64,000 nt of DNA from the human T2T-CHM13v2.0 reference genome, Homo sapiens. Location: the NCBI RefSeq assembly GCF_009914755.1, contig NC_060935.1. One strand, 5' to 3'. Positions 1-15,100 of the stretch are shown one piece after another (within the stretch, counting starts at the first letter, position 1; the number at the start of each line of letters is the position of its first letter). The notes beneath the pieces were generated by a model. That model was given only the letters and a program-made list of their open reading frames with translations, made no database searches and was not told the origin of the DNA. The translations under genes were made by a program, and so were the position numbers.

Positions 1-200
1 GAAAGTTCAACATATAAAGTATATAAGGTAATTTCTAGGTCCCCATAGCCATAGCAGTGACAGGGAGCAGAGCAACTGCATACTCCCCAGATGACCACTG
101 ATGGAAATTCAGAGGGTGCAAAAAATAAACCAAAAACTGTTGTAAGCCATTGAGATTTTCAGGTTATCTGTTACCATATAACAACCTACCACCACTTGAT
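1..200 (+). mobile_element. MaLR LTR (MLT1-family) 3' end fragment
   Basis: AATAAA...tgttgtaagccattgagattttcaggttatctgttac...taacaaccta resembles the MLT1 3' terminus. Confidence 0.55.
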
Positions 201-746
201 ATCCTGTTTTATAATTTCCTTTTACTTTTGATTTCCAGATATCATTTAATCATAGGTTGATACTCCTGGAAGAGAATTATATGTTCTTTACTATTCAGGA
301 TGAAACAATTTTATTCTCACTTCCATATTCCCATGTGGAAGACTGTCTTTAGAATAAAACATGCCTGGTTTTTCTGTCTCCTCAATCATGGACTTCCTCC
401 ATGGGCAGAAGAACCAACTTATGAAAATGAGATTGGTTGAAGAAACTGAGCATGCAGGGCTCGTCTTCTTCCCTCTGTTCTCTATAGGATGTTTTTTATT
501 TTGGAGAACATCTGCTTCGGTTGGTTCTTGGCCATATGGTAACCTGAAAACAAGCCCTGTACCTGCCAGGGAAGGCCTACTGCTGCCTGCCCCACCCTGG
601 GACTCTGAATAACTCTGATTAATTCAGGAGAGAAGTAATAGCAAGTCCTTGACTCAGGGCTAAAGCTGCATTTCCTAATTTGATTTTAATTAGCAATAAT
701 GTTTATTTTGATATCTGTCTGTCTAACTCCTGTGTCTATCTCTCAG

Positions 747-785
747 CTGAGTTCAAACTCAGGAGGGCAAAAATGAATTACACGG
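747..785 (+). other. Candidate 39-nt internal exon of an unidentified host gene
   Basis: Branch site CTAAC (723-727), pyrimidine-rich tract and CAG (744-746); donor CGG|GTAAGT at 786; length 3n; phase-1 frame open (EFKLRRAKMNYT). Confidence 0.5.
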
Positions 786-951
786 GTAAGTGACGCTAGG
801 ACTTCCATTGGATGCAGTAATGGTTGATAGTTGGTGTTGTCACCCTTTAGTTGCTATTACCTTTTGTGGGTGATAGTTTATTTTTATAGACAGGAATATT
901 CTATATTTATAGGAAGGAATGTACATAGATTCTTGGCAGCTTAAGGTGGAG

Positions 952-1821
<870 letters not shown>

Positions 1822-3169
1822 GAAAGTTATAAATGGTGAACCTAAAACCCTGTGATTGTAAGAATGTCTAGGATCATTTGTTTTCTGTTTATAGCTTGTA
1901 TGTGGGAAGAAGTATAGTGATGAGAAAAATTCACCTTAAACTAGCTTTAAGTTATTTAGGTCAAGAAAATCCATAGACAATAAGAAAAGTGATATAGAAA
2001 AAGATTTCCTTGATACTTGATCTAGATGGTAGTGGAATTTATCCAGGTTGGCAAGAAAAATTGTCACTGGGAAAACCTATGTATGAAAAAAAGGCATAAA
2101 GAGACATGAGACGATTACAGTTGTTGGTTAGTGGTCCTGAAAGGAACAATAAGATTTGGGGGAGACACCAGGAAGAGCATACCTGAGGGTTAAACTCAGA
2201 AAATATGTTTACTGGAAAGATAAATGTGAAAAAATGGATCAGAAGTTCAAGTAACAGTTATGTCTATGGTGATAAGAGGTTGGCTAAGAAAGGAATGGTA
2301 AAGAAAAAGAAGACAAGTGGCAAATAGCAGAATAATGAGTGAATAATTCTGCGAATAGCAGAATTATTACTGAAACCTCTGTAAGCATTACAAATCAATG
2401 TAATGGGTAATTTAAAAAAATTTTTGGTAATGTACTCATTGTATTTTTGGAGTAAAGATGTTAATTATTTGCTGCGTGAGTAAAACAATTAAAATTCTAC
2501 TATTGAACCAGTTCTTTTCATGTTGGACATGAATTATCACATTTTGTGTGTACTTGCAAGGCTCAAAGGATTTGCCAAAAGGAGACCTGCATATTTCTCT
2601 TATTTTCTTCTTTTGGGCAAAAATCAAAGATCATTCTTCTGAGTTTTTTTTTTTTCTTTTCAAGCCTAGCTTTACTATTAAAATAGCAAAATTCTACCTT
2701 GTATAATCTTTATTACATATTATTTGGGTATAACTTCTTTACTTTCGTTGTATGTTAGTTAGAGTTTTGGCCTATTTCAGTTTATTCTGGTATTTTATAT
2801 CCATTGAAGGGGCTGAGAAATTCATATTATTGAGGTAGCCATCCAAATGAGCTGTTCAATAGAATATTGACTTGACTTTTATTGTACACTAAAACACATG
2901 ATCACACCTGTGTAAATCATCACAACATATTCTTTGATCAGTGAAAAACAATGGTCATTGTTTTAAGTGGATTCACTGTCCATTGAATAGTCTTAAAACC
3001 TCTGTTAGTATCAGATGTTAAATTAAGAGAGTACATTAACTCTCACTCCCCCGACTGAAGTGTGGTGCCGATTTAGTCAAAGCTTGATCTGATGCCTTGG
3101 TCAAACAACCAAGTACAAGCAATAGCAAGCAAAATTGTATCATATATGTTCACATTATGTCTAATAAGT

Positions 3170-3395
3170 ATTAAAATCTAACATTTTGGTATCAGACTAA
3201 ACCTGAGTTTAAAGTACGACTTTCCCGTTATCAGCTGTATAATCTCAGACAAGTTACTTTGAGACACAGCTTCGTCATAAAATATAATTAATACCTGTTT
3301 TCATATGGTTGTCTCAGAATTTAATGAGGTAATATAGGTCAGGCACTTTGTACAGTTTCTGGTACTTTGAAAATGTCAGTAGTAATGATGATGAT
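3170..3395 (+). mobile_element. MIR SINE
   Basis: tcagactaaacctgagttt...agctgtataatctcagacaagttactt...ggttgtctcagaatttaatgaggtaata MIR core. Confidence 0.7.
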
Positions 3396-4289
3396 GGTGA
3401 CAATGATAAAGGCATTATTACATAGGATCCAGGAAACGAGCCTTTGGTTTAGTGCAGCAAACTCATGCTGTGCCTAGGAAAATTGCTTAATGATTACGAA
3501 TTGCTTAAGTGTTTATGATAAACATTCTCTTCTAGTTTTCTCCTAATAAAGCTGTCCTGAAATCTTTTTCAAGTCAATTATTAGAAATAGTTTTTGGATA
3601 TAAATTAAAATAAACAACGGGTATTCTCATTGTTCCCCAGTGGGAAGTGAAATAGGGCCTCATGCAACCACAAATTCCTGGAACTGTAGCCTCCTCAAAT
3701 CTCTCTTGGTGGCTCAAAGACTTGTGTGTGGGAGCTTCTTACAGTAACAAAGGCCATATTCCATGTCATTCCATAGTCTCACACCTATCCTATTGCAAAG
3801 GTGTGCATCCTTGGCTCCTGATTCTGCTATGAGAGCCAAGTAGAATTAATGTTGATGCTGCCATTAGATCTCGTCTACTCTCTGAGACATGTTATTTGCC
3901 CCTTTAGGCCCCAGACCTGAAATCACAATTCACTGTTCTCTTGGGTTCTCAGTTTCATAGAGAAGTTTCTGTGCATTTGTTTTTTCCTCAGGGCTTGGTG
4001 CAGTGCTTGACACATACTAGACTGCTCATTGCATATGCATTGAATTAGCCCAAATTTTATTTTACTTACTCTTTGTTATAACCTTTACTCTAAATGTTCT
4101 TGGATGTTTCTGAAGCGAAGTAGGCCTATTTTGAGTAAAATTGCTCTCTGATATTTTCAAAGATCCTTCTTTTCCTGCAGTTGCATGTGTCCTCAGTTAT
4201 TGAGCTAGAAACACAGGTTTTTCCACCAGACTAAATTCTTCCCTCACTTTGGGACATCAAGTTATTAATCAGGAAAAGTTCACTTTATG

Positions 4290-4670
4290 GAAGGCATATA
4301 CTTCTCTGTCACATTGATTTTGGGCTTGGTCATGTCACTTGCTTTGTTCAATGACATGTTAGAAAATGAAACATGCATGGGAGCTTAAAAGGGCTTGCAA
4401 GGTTGGGCTTGTTGTCTTGGGCCCCTGATCTTTACCATGAGAAGAATATGACTCAGGTCACCACTTGCCAAGTGAAGACGACAGACACATGGAGCCAATC
4501 TGGACCCAATTCATAGCTTGGAAACAAGCCCTCTCTGTTCAGTTTAGAACAGCCAAACTCCAGGTGACCTGTAGACTTGTGCATAAGAAATAAATGTGCA
4601 GTTATTCTATGTTAGTATGTTTTGGGGGTAATTCATTATGCTACATTATTGTAGCAATAACTGACTAGTC
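4290..4670 (+). mobile_element. MaLR LTR (MLT1H/I-like)
   Basis: ttgggcttggtcatgtcacttgctttg...ccatgagaagaatatg...aaataaatg...cattattgtagcaataactgacta. Confidence 0.75.
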
Positions 4671-5720
4671 TATTTCATCTATGGAATTGGAAGGAATTTT
4701 GGAATTATTGGTTAATCTGAGGAATGACTGAGGAAATGAAAAATTTTAGTACTTTTTTATTATTAAACTTCTTGGATTCTTACACATGTATAAATACACA
4801 GGCCTACCGTACTGACCCATTGAAATATGGTTTCACAATGTCTGAATTTGTATGGCATTTATTTTAGGTTCATGCTCTGTAATGTCTGGTGTGACAATGA
4901 ATTATACATTTACTACCTAACTTTTAGTGGTTCAGCAATTAAGGGTAGAATTATATTATTCAACAGCCACATGAACTTACTGTGAGCCGCTTATTGCACA
5001 TAATTGCCTATTTTCTTGATAAACATATTCTTAGTTTACATTAGGCCATGTTAAATTACATACTGAGGTGAGCTTGTTATTACTATTATCACTGCATACA
5101 CAATCTCCTGTTTTGTGAATAAATAGAATGCCGCAGGTGAATTCTCTTAGCTCTTCTGTCTTCAGACTTGGAACTTTCTTCTTTCATGTGGTCTACGCAG
5201 TGCCACCATTTTCACAGAGGTGGGGGATACCATTTTTTTTGAAGTTATAACTAGGAATATCTATTAGTTCTTTTGTGTTGTACATACTGGAGAAATTCTT
5301 CCAGTTATGTTGAGGACTGCCTTTTCCAGGGTGTTGACTAACACTTGTTTCTTAGACTAATTTTGAGGATGATATCCTTTTTCCATTGAGGCCATTGTAG
5401 ACTTGGGGGTGGGAAAGTCTTCCTTTCCCGTTTACAATCTTCCTCCTTTGAACATGTTGGAACTATTGTAATAGGTTGTGTAAAAGTATTTGAAATTTTA
5501 TGAAGTCTTTATTGAAGACGTGTCAATTTCAAAGAGGATTACAACATGACATTAAATAGTTGAAGTTATAGAAAACATAATCCTTCACCCAGCATTTCAC
5601 GGAGGAAATATTTAAGGAATTAATATCTTCACAAAATGTGTCTTCTTCTGATTGACCTCCAATTCTGTCTTTCTATTCTCCTCTCTTTAGTTTTTGGCAT
5701 GACTCCAAATCTCCACCCAC

Positions 5721-5978
5721 TTTTTTTTAAAAAATTTATTTGACATTCTGGGGTACATGTGTAGGACGTGCAGGTTGTTCCGTAGGTAAACTTGTGCCAT
5801 GGTGGTTTGCTGCACTTAATCAACCCATCGCCTAGGTATTAAGCCCTACATGCACCTTAGCTGTTTATCCCGATGCTCTCCTTCCCCAACTCCTCTGACA
5901 GGCCCCACTGTGCGTTGTTCCCCTCCCTGTGTCCATGTGTTCCCATTGCTCAGCTCCCACTTGTAAGTGAGAACATGC
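5721..5978 (-). mobile_element. L1PA (older, about PA10-13) 3' UTR fragment, 5'-truncated
   Basis: T-rich tail, then ggggtacatgtg...cagctcccacttgtaagtgagaacatgc; imperfect TSD tccacccacttttt / tccaccctcttctt. Confidence 0.9.
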
Positions 5979-6389
5979 ATCCACCCTCTTCTTTAGGGAG
6001 GGTTTTGGTTCCCCCCCAATACCTACTCTTTTCCCTATGTTTTCCTTTTTTTCAAATTTAAGTCATTCAATCTAAAATGTTTTCCTTGGATTCTCACCTA
6101 TTGTCAGTGATGCTTGTTAATCCAAGACCTGAGAAATTTAAAAGTGAGAAATCACCCAGTAGAAATGAAAAAGAGTAGTTGAGAGAGTCTGTTATTTTTC
6201 AGCTCTGCTGGATAGATAAGTGGGGTGGGATGGAGAAGCTGAAAATTGGTTGGTATAAAGAGAAGTGATTTGTAGAAACAAAGTGGGAAGAATGTTCATA
6301 GACATCAAACTCTTCAACAATGTGAAAGAAACTTTAGTTTCTAAAGGTCAGTAGGATAGACCATTTTTTGTTTTATATATTACTTTTTG

Positions 6390-6545
6390 GCCCAACATTT
6401 ATTCAACCAGTTTTTAATGGAAAATTCCCCATTGTCAAGCACTGTGTCATGTATTCGAGCTATAAAAGTCAGTGTATTTGGGCCGCAGAAGTCATCATGA
6501 CAGACGTAGTTCCTACTCTGTGGATGTACAATTCATAGATTTTGA
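6390..6545 (-). mobile_element. L2 3' end fragment
   Basis: atttattcaac...gtcaagcactgtg...gacagacgtagttcctactct pattern. Confidence 0.45.
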
Positions 6546-8419
6546 GGCATATCTTTGCCCAGACATGAGAAGACTATCATTTTGTAACCGAACAATCAGC
6601 TTGAAGCCAAAACATACATTTTATCTTATATTTGCTTCTTTGTTTTAGCACCCAGCCATTATAAATTCCACACATTTTGAAATATTAAAATGTTTTATGG
6701 TAAAAGATCATTATTTCCAAATGATGGAGGTGTCAAAATACAGTCTCCGAGAAGAAGGCTAGACACTTACATCTCAGATTACTAAGCTGTTGCTAATCTG
6801 CTTTAAAATCTTGCATAAATTTCTATTTTGTCATCTCTAAAACACCAAAAGTAATGCTGCGTCATAGTTCACTGGAAGTGGGAGGAAGGATTCCTAAATG
6901 ATTATAAAGTGTTCTGTAGATAGAGAATCATGTGTGTACCAGAGATGATAATATTGTCCCATTAATCCTTCTTGTGACAAAGAAAATGCCGCTACTTAGG
7001 GAGATGATGTGTGAGGGGAATAACGGGAGGGGATAGGATGGAAACGAGAAAAGAACAAGCTTAGAAAAGTGAATTAACCTCCTTATCCAAAGGAAAATAA
7101 ATTCCTTCCACGAAGGCCAACTGTGTTGACTCTACCTCACTTTAAATAAAGTGTGAAGAAAAATACCTTACATGGACACAAGCATTTTCAATTTATGTCA
7201 ATTTCACCTGTATTTTTTGGTATGAGAACTCAATGTTTCATTTAAGCAATATTAAGGCTTTTAAGTCAAATAGTCCTTTCATGCTAATTTATATGCATTT
7301 ACATAGGAATTTTAAAGGTAGAGGCGGTAGTCTTATATTTCATTATTTGGAAAGGAAACTTCTGTCTAATGCCTCATTTAAGATTCAGTGGAATCTTTCT
7401 TGCTTCAGTAATTTTCCTATTAAATTACAACTATTAGTGCTAGTTCCTCACCCTAAAGGAAACCAATAAAATCACCCAAACTAATGAAGTTGTTTCCAAC
7501 AGCAAACTCCTCGTTATGGGGGTACTTCTAATTACTGTTAAAATGAACTGGAACGGAATGTCTCCAGAATGGGATGTCCCAGAGCTATAAACCAAAACCA
7601 TAAACAGCTGTGCAACTCCTAATCTATTCATTTCACCTTTGCAATTGCAGCACACTATCAACTAATTTTTTAAATGTTGGTAGACAGGGACAAGAGTGGA
7701 TTTGGAAACAAAACAGCAAACACTGATAAGAATCTTCTTATATTATTATAACAAAAGCACATTGGTTATAGTTTGTTTTGTATATAAGATTTCTCCTCTC
7801 TCCTAGATGTTATCTTATTTACTCACACATTTATGTCTGTCTGCATTAATTGTCAAGTTTAGGTAGTTCTTCAATCAAGACTACATTGAACAAGGATGGT
7901 GATGCAGCTTATACAGCAGAAAACACTGTTGGTGCTGAAATAGTTCGTACAAGAGAATGACTATAGATCACTTAATTAAGGTGTGTATTGCTTTCCAATT
8001 TAATTTTATGCCTAAAGCAATAGAAAGCTGAACTTCTATCTGAATCAGAAAGTAGACACTCTGTAGATAAACAATAAAGCATACTGCTTTTGTTGACTCT
8101 AATTCATTCTCAATATGGATTTAAAAACAGAAATGCATGCATCAATTTAGCTGATAAATTCAAATAACTGTAGAAATGAAATACACAGAAAACAGAAACT
8201 TGTGAAGTCTTGAAGAAGAAGCTATTGTAGAGGAAGTTAAGAGAATCATAGTAGATTTGGAGACTGTGTAAAGGCAATCTTAAAATTCAACCTCTGCTTT
8301 TTCCCAAGTGAAAGGAAAAGAAAAATGGCAGTGTGAATAATAACAATATTGAGCAATAATATTATTTTTACATTTATTGTTTATAAATTACACAAATATA
8401 TGAATTATATATAAAAACA

Positions 8420-8580
8420 CCAGACTGATGGAAAGGAGATATGGCTTCTAGCTCCGGCTCTTGCCTGAGAAAGACTGTGTATCTGATTCCACCCACTAAC
8501 CTTGCTGAGTCTGTTTCTTTAACTATAAAACAGACATAGTAAAATGAATACATGATCTTCATGGTCTCCTCTAGGTCTCC
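8420..8580 (+). mobile_element. MIR-family SINE fragment
   Basis: ggcttctagctccggctcttgc...ctgagtctgtttctttaactataaaa...gatcttcatggtctcctctag. Confidence 0.55.
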
Positions 8581-8771
8581 TTGTCCCTCATGCTACTCTG
8601 TGACTTGGGGACACTCATATTGCACACAGGGGCCATTTGTGGAATATGCAGCATTCAAGATCCATGAAATAATTTTTATTCCTTTTGTAAAAATCAGCAA
8701 GAAGATAGATGCATTATTATTTCAGTATGAGGAATGTATGCTTTTACTTAATGACAAAAATGGCTAAACAA

Positions 8772-9421
8772 TATGGTGGGTTTGTATTGTTTCAGTCTTG
8801 CTCAGCTGGAACTATTTTCCAACAGCTCCCTTTCCAGAACGGTTTCTGGTCAGTATGGGCCACTAGACGTTTTGGGAGAGGTTTGGCAGGTGGAAGTGAA
8901 GCACCAGCCATAAGCTGCGTTGAGACTTATCTGCTGGCTTACCTTGTTGGCATGGGCAGCAGCTGGACCAAGCTCCTTCAGCTCCTGCTGGATTTCCTCT
9001 TTCAGCTCCTCTTACTTCTAGGCCAGGTCCATGGTTAGCAACATGATGAAGGATGCCAGCTTCCCCTGAAGATCAACCCATCATCGAAGTTGAAAACTTT
9101 GAGATCACAAGACACCAATAGACGTTCCAGTACATCTTTGTGGATTCCAAGACATCCTCACAGAGTGAGTTATTTATTCCTTTACTTAATGTCTGTCTTT
9201 GCTTTCTTACTACCTTATATGTATACTTCAGACTCCTCCATCAAATATAGATGCATGAGCCTTGCAGGCACTGTGTAACCAGCTTCCACAATTACATAAG
9301 GTCAAATCTCTCTTTAAATCTATAGATATATACACATATACACAGACAGATATATAAATATGCATATAGGTAGATAGATCGATCGATCTGCTGCTTCTTT
9401 GGCTGATCTCTGACTGATACA
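8772..9421 (+). mobile_element. ERVL-class solo LTR (LTR41-like)
   Basis: Starts tatggtgggtttgtattgt..cttgctcagctggaacta; ends ccacaattacataaggtcaaatc...ctgactgataCA. Confidence 0.7.
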
Positions 9422-9764
9422 GATCTCAAAAGTTATTTTCCATGCTTCTTTGAGAAATAATTTGATGTCCTTTAACATATTTAAGGAATAAACTGGATGG
9501 AATTGGCAGTTGTTGCACTCTGATTGTTCTCTTAAAATTTCTGATACAATCATGTAAAAGAAAGAATGATCTCATTCCAAGTGGACCCATAATATAGAAA
9601 TAGTACCAATATTGAGCCTTGAAAAAGGGGCATATGAGCATATAACATGTAATTCTTTTGGTAATTACTAAAGCTGTTCATAAAAAGGAGGAATTACTTT
9701 GCCCTGGAGGTGTTTAGTCAGCAGACTTGAAAGGACTGACAGTGAGGCTATGTTCCCTAATTTC

Positions 9765-9800
<36 letters not shown>

Positions 9801-9802
9801 GT
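9765..9802. repeat. (GT)n microsatellite
   Basis: Direct dinucleotide run with an atat interruption. Confidence 0.95.
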
Positions 9803-12399
9803 ACACTCACGTTTGGAAAATCTCCTTTGCTAGAGAATGTTATTGCTCTTCCCCAACTGTCCCACCAGTTGAGAATCACTACTCTAGTATGCATTGCAAC
9901 TTCTTGTGTGTAATCCATATAGTATATTAAGACCCAGTTTATAGCTTCCTGGAACATAGTTTTGGAATAGGTACATATTTATTTGATACTGAATTTATTA
10001 TACTCTGGAAAACAGGCCTTTATTTTGTTGCAAATCATTATGATGTGTTAAACACAAAACATACAAAAAGAAGGAGAAGTTTACCATGGAATCTTAAAAA
10101 TATGCATTCGGAGAGCATAACAGAAAGCAATATTTGAAAATACAGGACATTACAAAAATGCATATATTGGCCTTTGTAGTTAGAATTTGGAGTATATATG
10201 ACCAAGGTGAACCTAGAAATTTATTTTTATTTCTAGATTCCGAATTTTTCTCCCTTCTGTCAATGGTCAAGATACTCCTTTTCTGAAACATGAAATTGTT
10301 AACACTTCACTCCCTAAATAATTTATTTGACAGAGCTGTGCTCATCTCTCTGTGCCCCACAAATCTTCCTGGCTTCTTTGCATCATCACTAGTCATTCCT
10401 TTCCAATTAGTCCCTTTACTTGACATTTAGGAACAATAAAATTGAGAATGCTTGTTCGTGACTTGAACACACACTGTTTTTCCATCTTTCTTGCTGATAA
10501 ATGTCTGTTTTAAATTTCATAGTCTATATGAAGGACAACTAAATATTGAAGGGATTTATGTGTGTGTGTGTGTATGAGAAGAGAGGTGTGTTTCTAGATT
10601 TTAAAAATTTGAGTGTTAACCTTGAATGGGACAACACATAGAAAGCTCAAGAGGAACAGTATTAAGGCTTCCTGTCCAGAGATTTATTCCAAGTGCTAAG
10701 ATTACATATGCTACCCTGAACTTATTTCTATGTTTACGACACATGATACTGTCCTATATCCTATATTCTGTTCTTATTCACTGCTAGGATTACTTAATTT
10801 TACGGTCAGTATTGTCATTATCTATATACTTAAATTTTGATTATTTTGAGAGTAATTTATATGCTCTTTGAGCAGTTATGGCATGGTCAGAATTCTTTAT
10901 CCATAACACAGGTATCTGTAAGTTCAAAGTTATCTTTTTGTCTTTGATGTTTAGTTGCTGTTCTTTGAGCAACAGGGTGTGTAGTTTTTATCAGAATCTC
11001 TGGGGCCAAATGCATAAGCACAGGCTCCTGTATATCCAAACACTCTGAACAGAAACTGCTGTAAGGATGACAGGACTACCAGGTGAGATCTTCTTGGTCA
11101 ATATCGAGACATTTTGAAAAAGTGCACAGCTAAACATAATGCACTGCTTCACGTCTCTCGTATTTTCCATGACTCCTCAGTATGAACCCCTCTGCTCAGT
11201 TTGGGTTGGGGGTATGTTTTATGCAGAGCCAATGTGTTGATATTACAAATTACGACAACTGGTATCATGAATCGATCAGCTAGTTTATTTTTTGAAATAG
11301 TCAGAAAAGCATTAAATGGAATTAAAAAGAGCAGCATTATAGATTGTTCTGGTAAAGCTTTAATGCTGCATTTTCATCCCATGAAATAAGGTCCTAACTG
11401 CTAGAGTGGCTATAATAAGGTCTTAATGGTATTTTTTGTCCTATTTTATTATTGCCTTCAGGCAGGCTATGAGCTTTATGAATTTTTAGCTTACCAGAGT
11501 AGATAGTTAGGGAAGGAAGAGTTTTTCTTTCCTTATTTGTATTTAGTGTATCTCCACACTTTAAACTTGACTTAAACTAAGAGAACTATACAAGTTTCTT
11601 GGCATGGCTTTAAAGAAAGCACTCTATAATCAAGTTCAATATTCTCTTTCATATCTCATTCTTTTATAGTTCTTCCCGTTGCAGGACTAGAAAATTCCCC
11701 AATGTGGCATATTCTTACAACTCAACACATTTTCTTAGCCTATTTTCTCTAATTCCAAGGCTTTCCCTTGTCCTTCTTTGACAGACAAATACCTCTGAGC
11801 CTTCCAGACCCAAATGACATCTTCCTTGTGAGACCTTCCCCAACCCAGCCTATTCTCTCTAATACTAATCCTAACTCTATATGGTTTATAACAGAAAAGA
11901 TGGCTGTAACATTTGTTATATTTATAAAGGCTAGTCATATCTGCAAATTGAACCTAAAAGATACCTAGATTTTAAAAATTTTATCTTTAACAGATTGAAG
12001 ATTAAATTGTAAAAATCAAAGTAGCTCTGAACAATATTTTCTGTGCAAAAGGGGGACCTCGAGTGGGCTTTTAATTAATGTTTGATCCTATTTACAAATT
12101 TAGTTTATGAAACTCATGGAAAGATTTTAAACCATGTTTAAAAATGTAGTATGTTTTATTTGTCTTATAAATATGTCAATTGTCTAAAAACCTCTTATAG
12201 CTCTAATAAATTTTAAAATAGGAAAACAAAAAAAAAAGAAACATGGCCCTAGTTTCAAGCCCAGAGGTATCATGGGTAATTTGCAAACAAAATAAAACAA
12301 AATACTTAAAATTCTTTAGTGTTCTAAGAAATTTTATCTTATTTCTAAATGTGAATCGTCATCAGAAAGAGTGCAGAATATGGTGTACTATAGTTAATA

Positions 12400-12570
12400 C
12401 ATTACCACATCTTATCGGTTTAATCTGAAATATATCCAAATTTCATTTACTTGTCTCTATTCCTAAAGCAAAACATGAGTTCAAGCCACCATTATCTGCT
12501 ATGTGGATTTCTGTGGTAGTCTTTTACATGGATTATCTGATTCATCACATGTTTATCTCCAATCTGTTCT
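12400..12570 (+). mobile_element. L2 fragment
   Basis: gttcaagccaccattatctgc...ctccaatctgttctc L2-like motif. Confidence 0.55.
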
Positions 12571-12575
12571 CTGGA

Positions 12576-12755
12576 GCAGCGTTTGGCAAATTGAAGCCTG
12601 ATAGCTAACTTTGGCTTGCTGCCTGTTTTCGTAATCCCTCAGAGAAAGATTGGCTTTTGTGCTTTCTATGGTTGGAAATTTTTTTGTTTAATCTTGAGAC
12701 ACATGGAAATGGATGAATCAAATCATGGTGTCCACAAGTGAAGTTGTCTATTGTT
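12576..12755 (+). mobile_element. hAT-Charlie MITE fragment (MER58B-like)
   Basis: cagcgtttggcaaatt...ctgcctgttttcgta...gtgtccacaagtgaagtt follows the MER58 left arm. Confidence 0.6.
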
Positions 12756-14884
12756 CTGTTGTTTTCATCCCAGAATTTTTTTTTTTTTATAACTGATGGA
12801 AATAAAGTTATTATAGAAAGCATCCTTTTGGTGAAATTACAAAGCTCCTGTTTAGGTGTTGACCCACAGGTGGTTGAGAATACAAATTTTGCTTTCTGTG
12901 AATCTATGAGAAACCATAAGTTGGGTGGTGGGGCTGGGGGTAGAGGTGATAGTTATGTGAGAGATAGTTAAGAAAGTTGGGGGTAGAGTGATGGTGGCAT
13001 TGTCAAATTCTAAGTAAACTGGGACTTGACCTCTTAGCAGTAGGGTAAGAGTTAAGAGAGTTTGACTGCACTGTCTGTAACAGCAGTAGTACAGATGGCC
13101 ATTGTGCCCCAGGTCCATTCTTTTATTATCACTGTGAATAGAAAAGTCCATGAAACTGCTATTGACTTTACCCCCTAAAATTAGGAGTGGCCTGGGAGGA
13201 GTGGATTCAAAACAGTGACTATAAATAAATATGTTATTTCTTTATTTAAGTAAACTAATTTCATTGTGTTTTCAAGAAGTCAGGATTTTTGCAAAGGCTG
13301 AGTAATTTAATGCATTTAATTTGAACTTGGGTTCAAAAAATTAGTTTTTATTTCAACTCCATTGCTTATGAGTTGAATGGGCACTGCTGGCAAGCATTTG
13401 CTAAATAAGCCATTTTCATTCAGAAACTAAATATATTCCTTAGATTCAACCTATTAGTGAAAATGTTTGTTAGTACTGCATTTTTTTTAGCCTGAAAGTC
13501 TGCTCTGACTATGAATGTATTCCACATGGTAGATGATTTTGATAGAGATTTTTTTTCAAATAAACTGTATTGTGAATAAAATAAGTAAAAATGTGAGCTT
13601 TTCCTCTTAGACAAGATCTCGTCTGACTATTTAGAGCCTACATCTGATAAAATATTCTTATGCAAGCCACACACACACACACACATTTTTATGTATGATC
13701 TTTAATTCAGTAACTTTTCTTTGACATGTAACATCATCATTATTATTCAGCCTTTACTGAGTACCTGTGCTTCCAGGTCATGAATTTGGAAGCTGGAGAA
13801 TAAGTGCATAGTTTTAGAAAATGACTTTTTCCTCATAGTACCTCTTAGGTCATTTGGAATAAGACACTACTTTGTACTTTCTCTCCCTTGAAAATTGCAA
13901 TAAAATGTTAGTTTCTTCATGCTTATGTGAAATTATAATGAACATTAATAAAAATCCATATTTAGATGGAAAATTGACATAGAGCCCTGGAGAGAGTAAT
14001 TATTTTTCTCTTGACTATTATAGGCCAAATTTCCATGCTGTAGCTTTAAATAAAAATTGTAAAGAAAGAATATATTAAGTCTTTATGATAGTCTTTTGGA
14101 GCCACTCTGAATTACTCTGGTTACTGAAGTGAACAAAAGTACATTGATCACTTGGTTCCTTTCATTCACATCCATTAATGAGAAACATGAAAGCTGATAG
14201 GCCATTGCCTGTGGTAGGACATAAAAGTTGGAGAAATGATCCTATCATTACACCATTTTTTTCAAGAGTACATGGCTACACATTATTATTTTCTTATATA
14301 CCATTTCCTTAGTCGTATTATTTCCTTAGTAAAGCATAGGCTATTTCCTATTCAAATAATTTTATTGTCAGTTCACAGTATTTGGCTGAGGCTGATTTAC
14401 AAAGTGTCATTAGACTTATTTAGTGATACACAACTCTGGAGAGGAGCTCAGCTACCTTTTAACAGAAAAAGAAGTGAATTTCCATCCTATGATGGACTGA
14501 CAGATTAAGGCAAGTCTCTCCCAATACTTTTGGCCAAGAACTTTGAATGGAATTGATTTAGAAATAAAATTGATGTCTCAGACACATTGGACTATAATAA
14601 AAGATATAGAAAAAGATGACTTACAGTTTTCAGAACTTTATCTAGTCTTTGAAAAATTAGGCAGATAGCCTCTTTCCTAAGCTAGAGATGGTATGATTGT
14701 TATTAAAAGTGACTCTTACTGAAAGTTATCTTGGCTAAGCTTGTGATATCACAGACTTCTCTATACTTAATATGATAAAGGGTATCCATGTAAAGGTAAG
14801 GGGAAGATTTTTTATGAGAACAGGAATGAAACAAGCATATCAATCAGCACTTCTACTGAGCATTTTACTAGATGATTGAGGGTG

Positions 14885-15100
14885 GTACAATAAGGCAAGG
14901 AAAAATTGTTGTTACAAAGATTGAAAAGGAAGAAATAAAATTCATTATTCAGACACTACGAATGCATACATAGTTAAAAATCTACAGATAAACTATTACA
15001 ATTAATACATGAATATAGCAAATTTTCTGCTCACAGATTTAATATCCAAAAGTTAATTTCCATTGTATATGCTGGCACAAACAGTTGAAAGAGAAAACAA
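14885..15100 (+). mobile_element. Ancient L1M ORF2 fragment
   Basis: aagattgaaaaggaagaaataaaa...aatctacagataaactatta...aatatccaaaagttaatt (degraded RT region). Confidence 0.7.
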
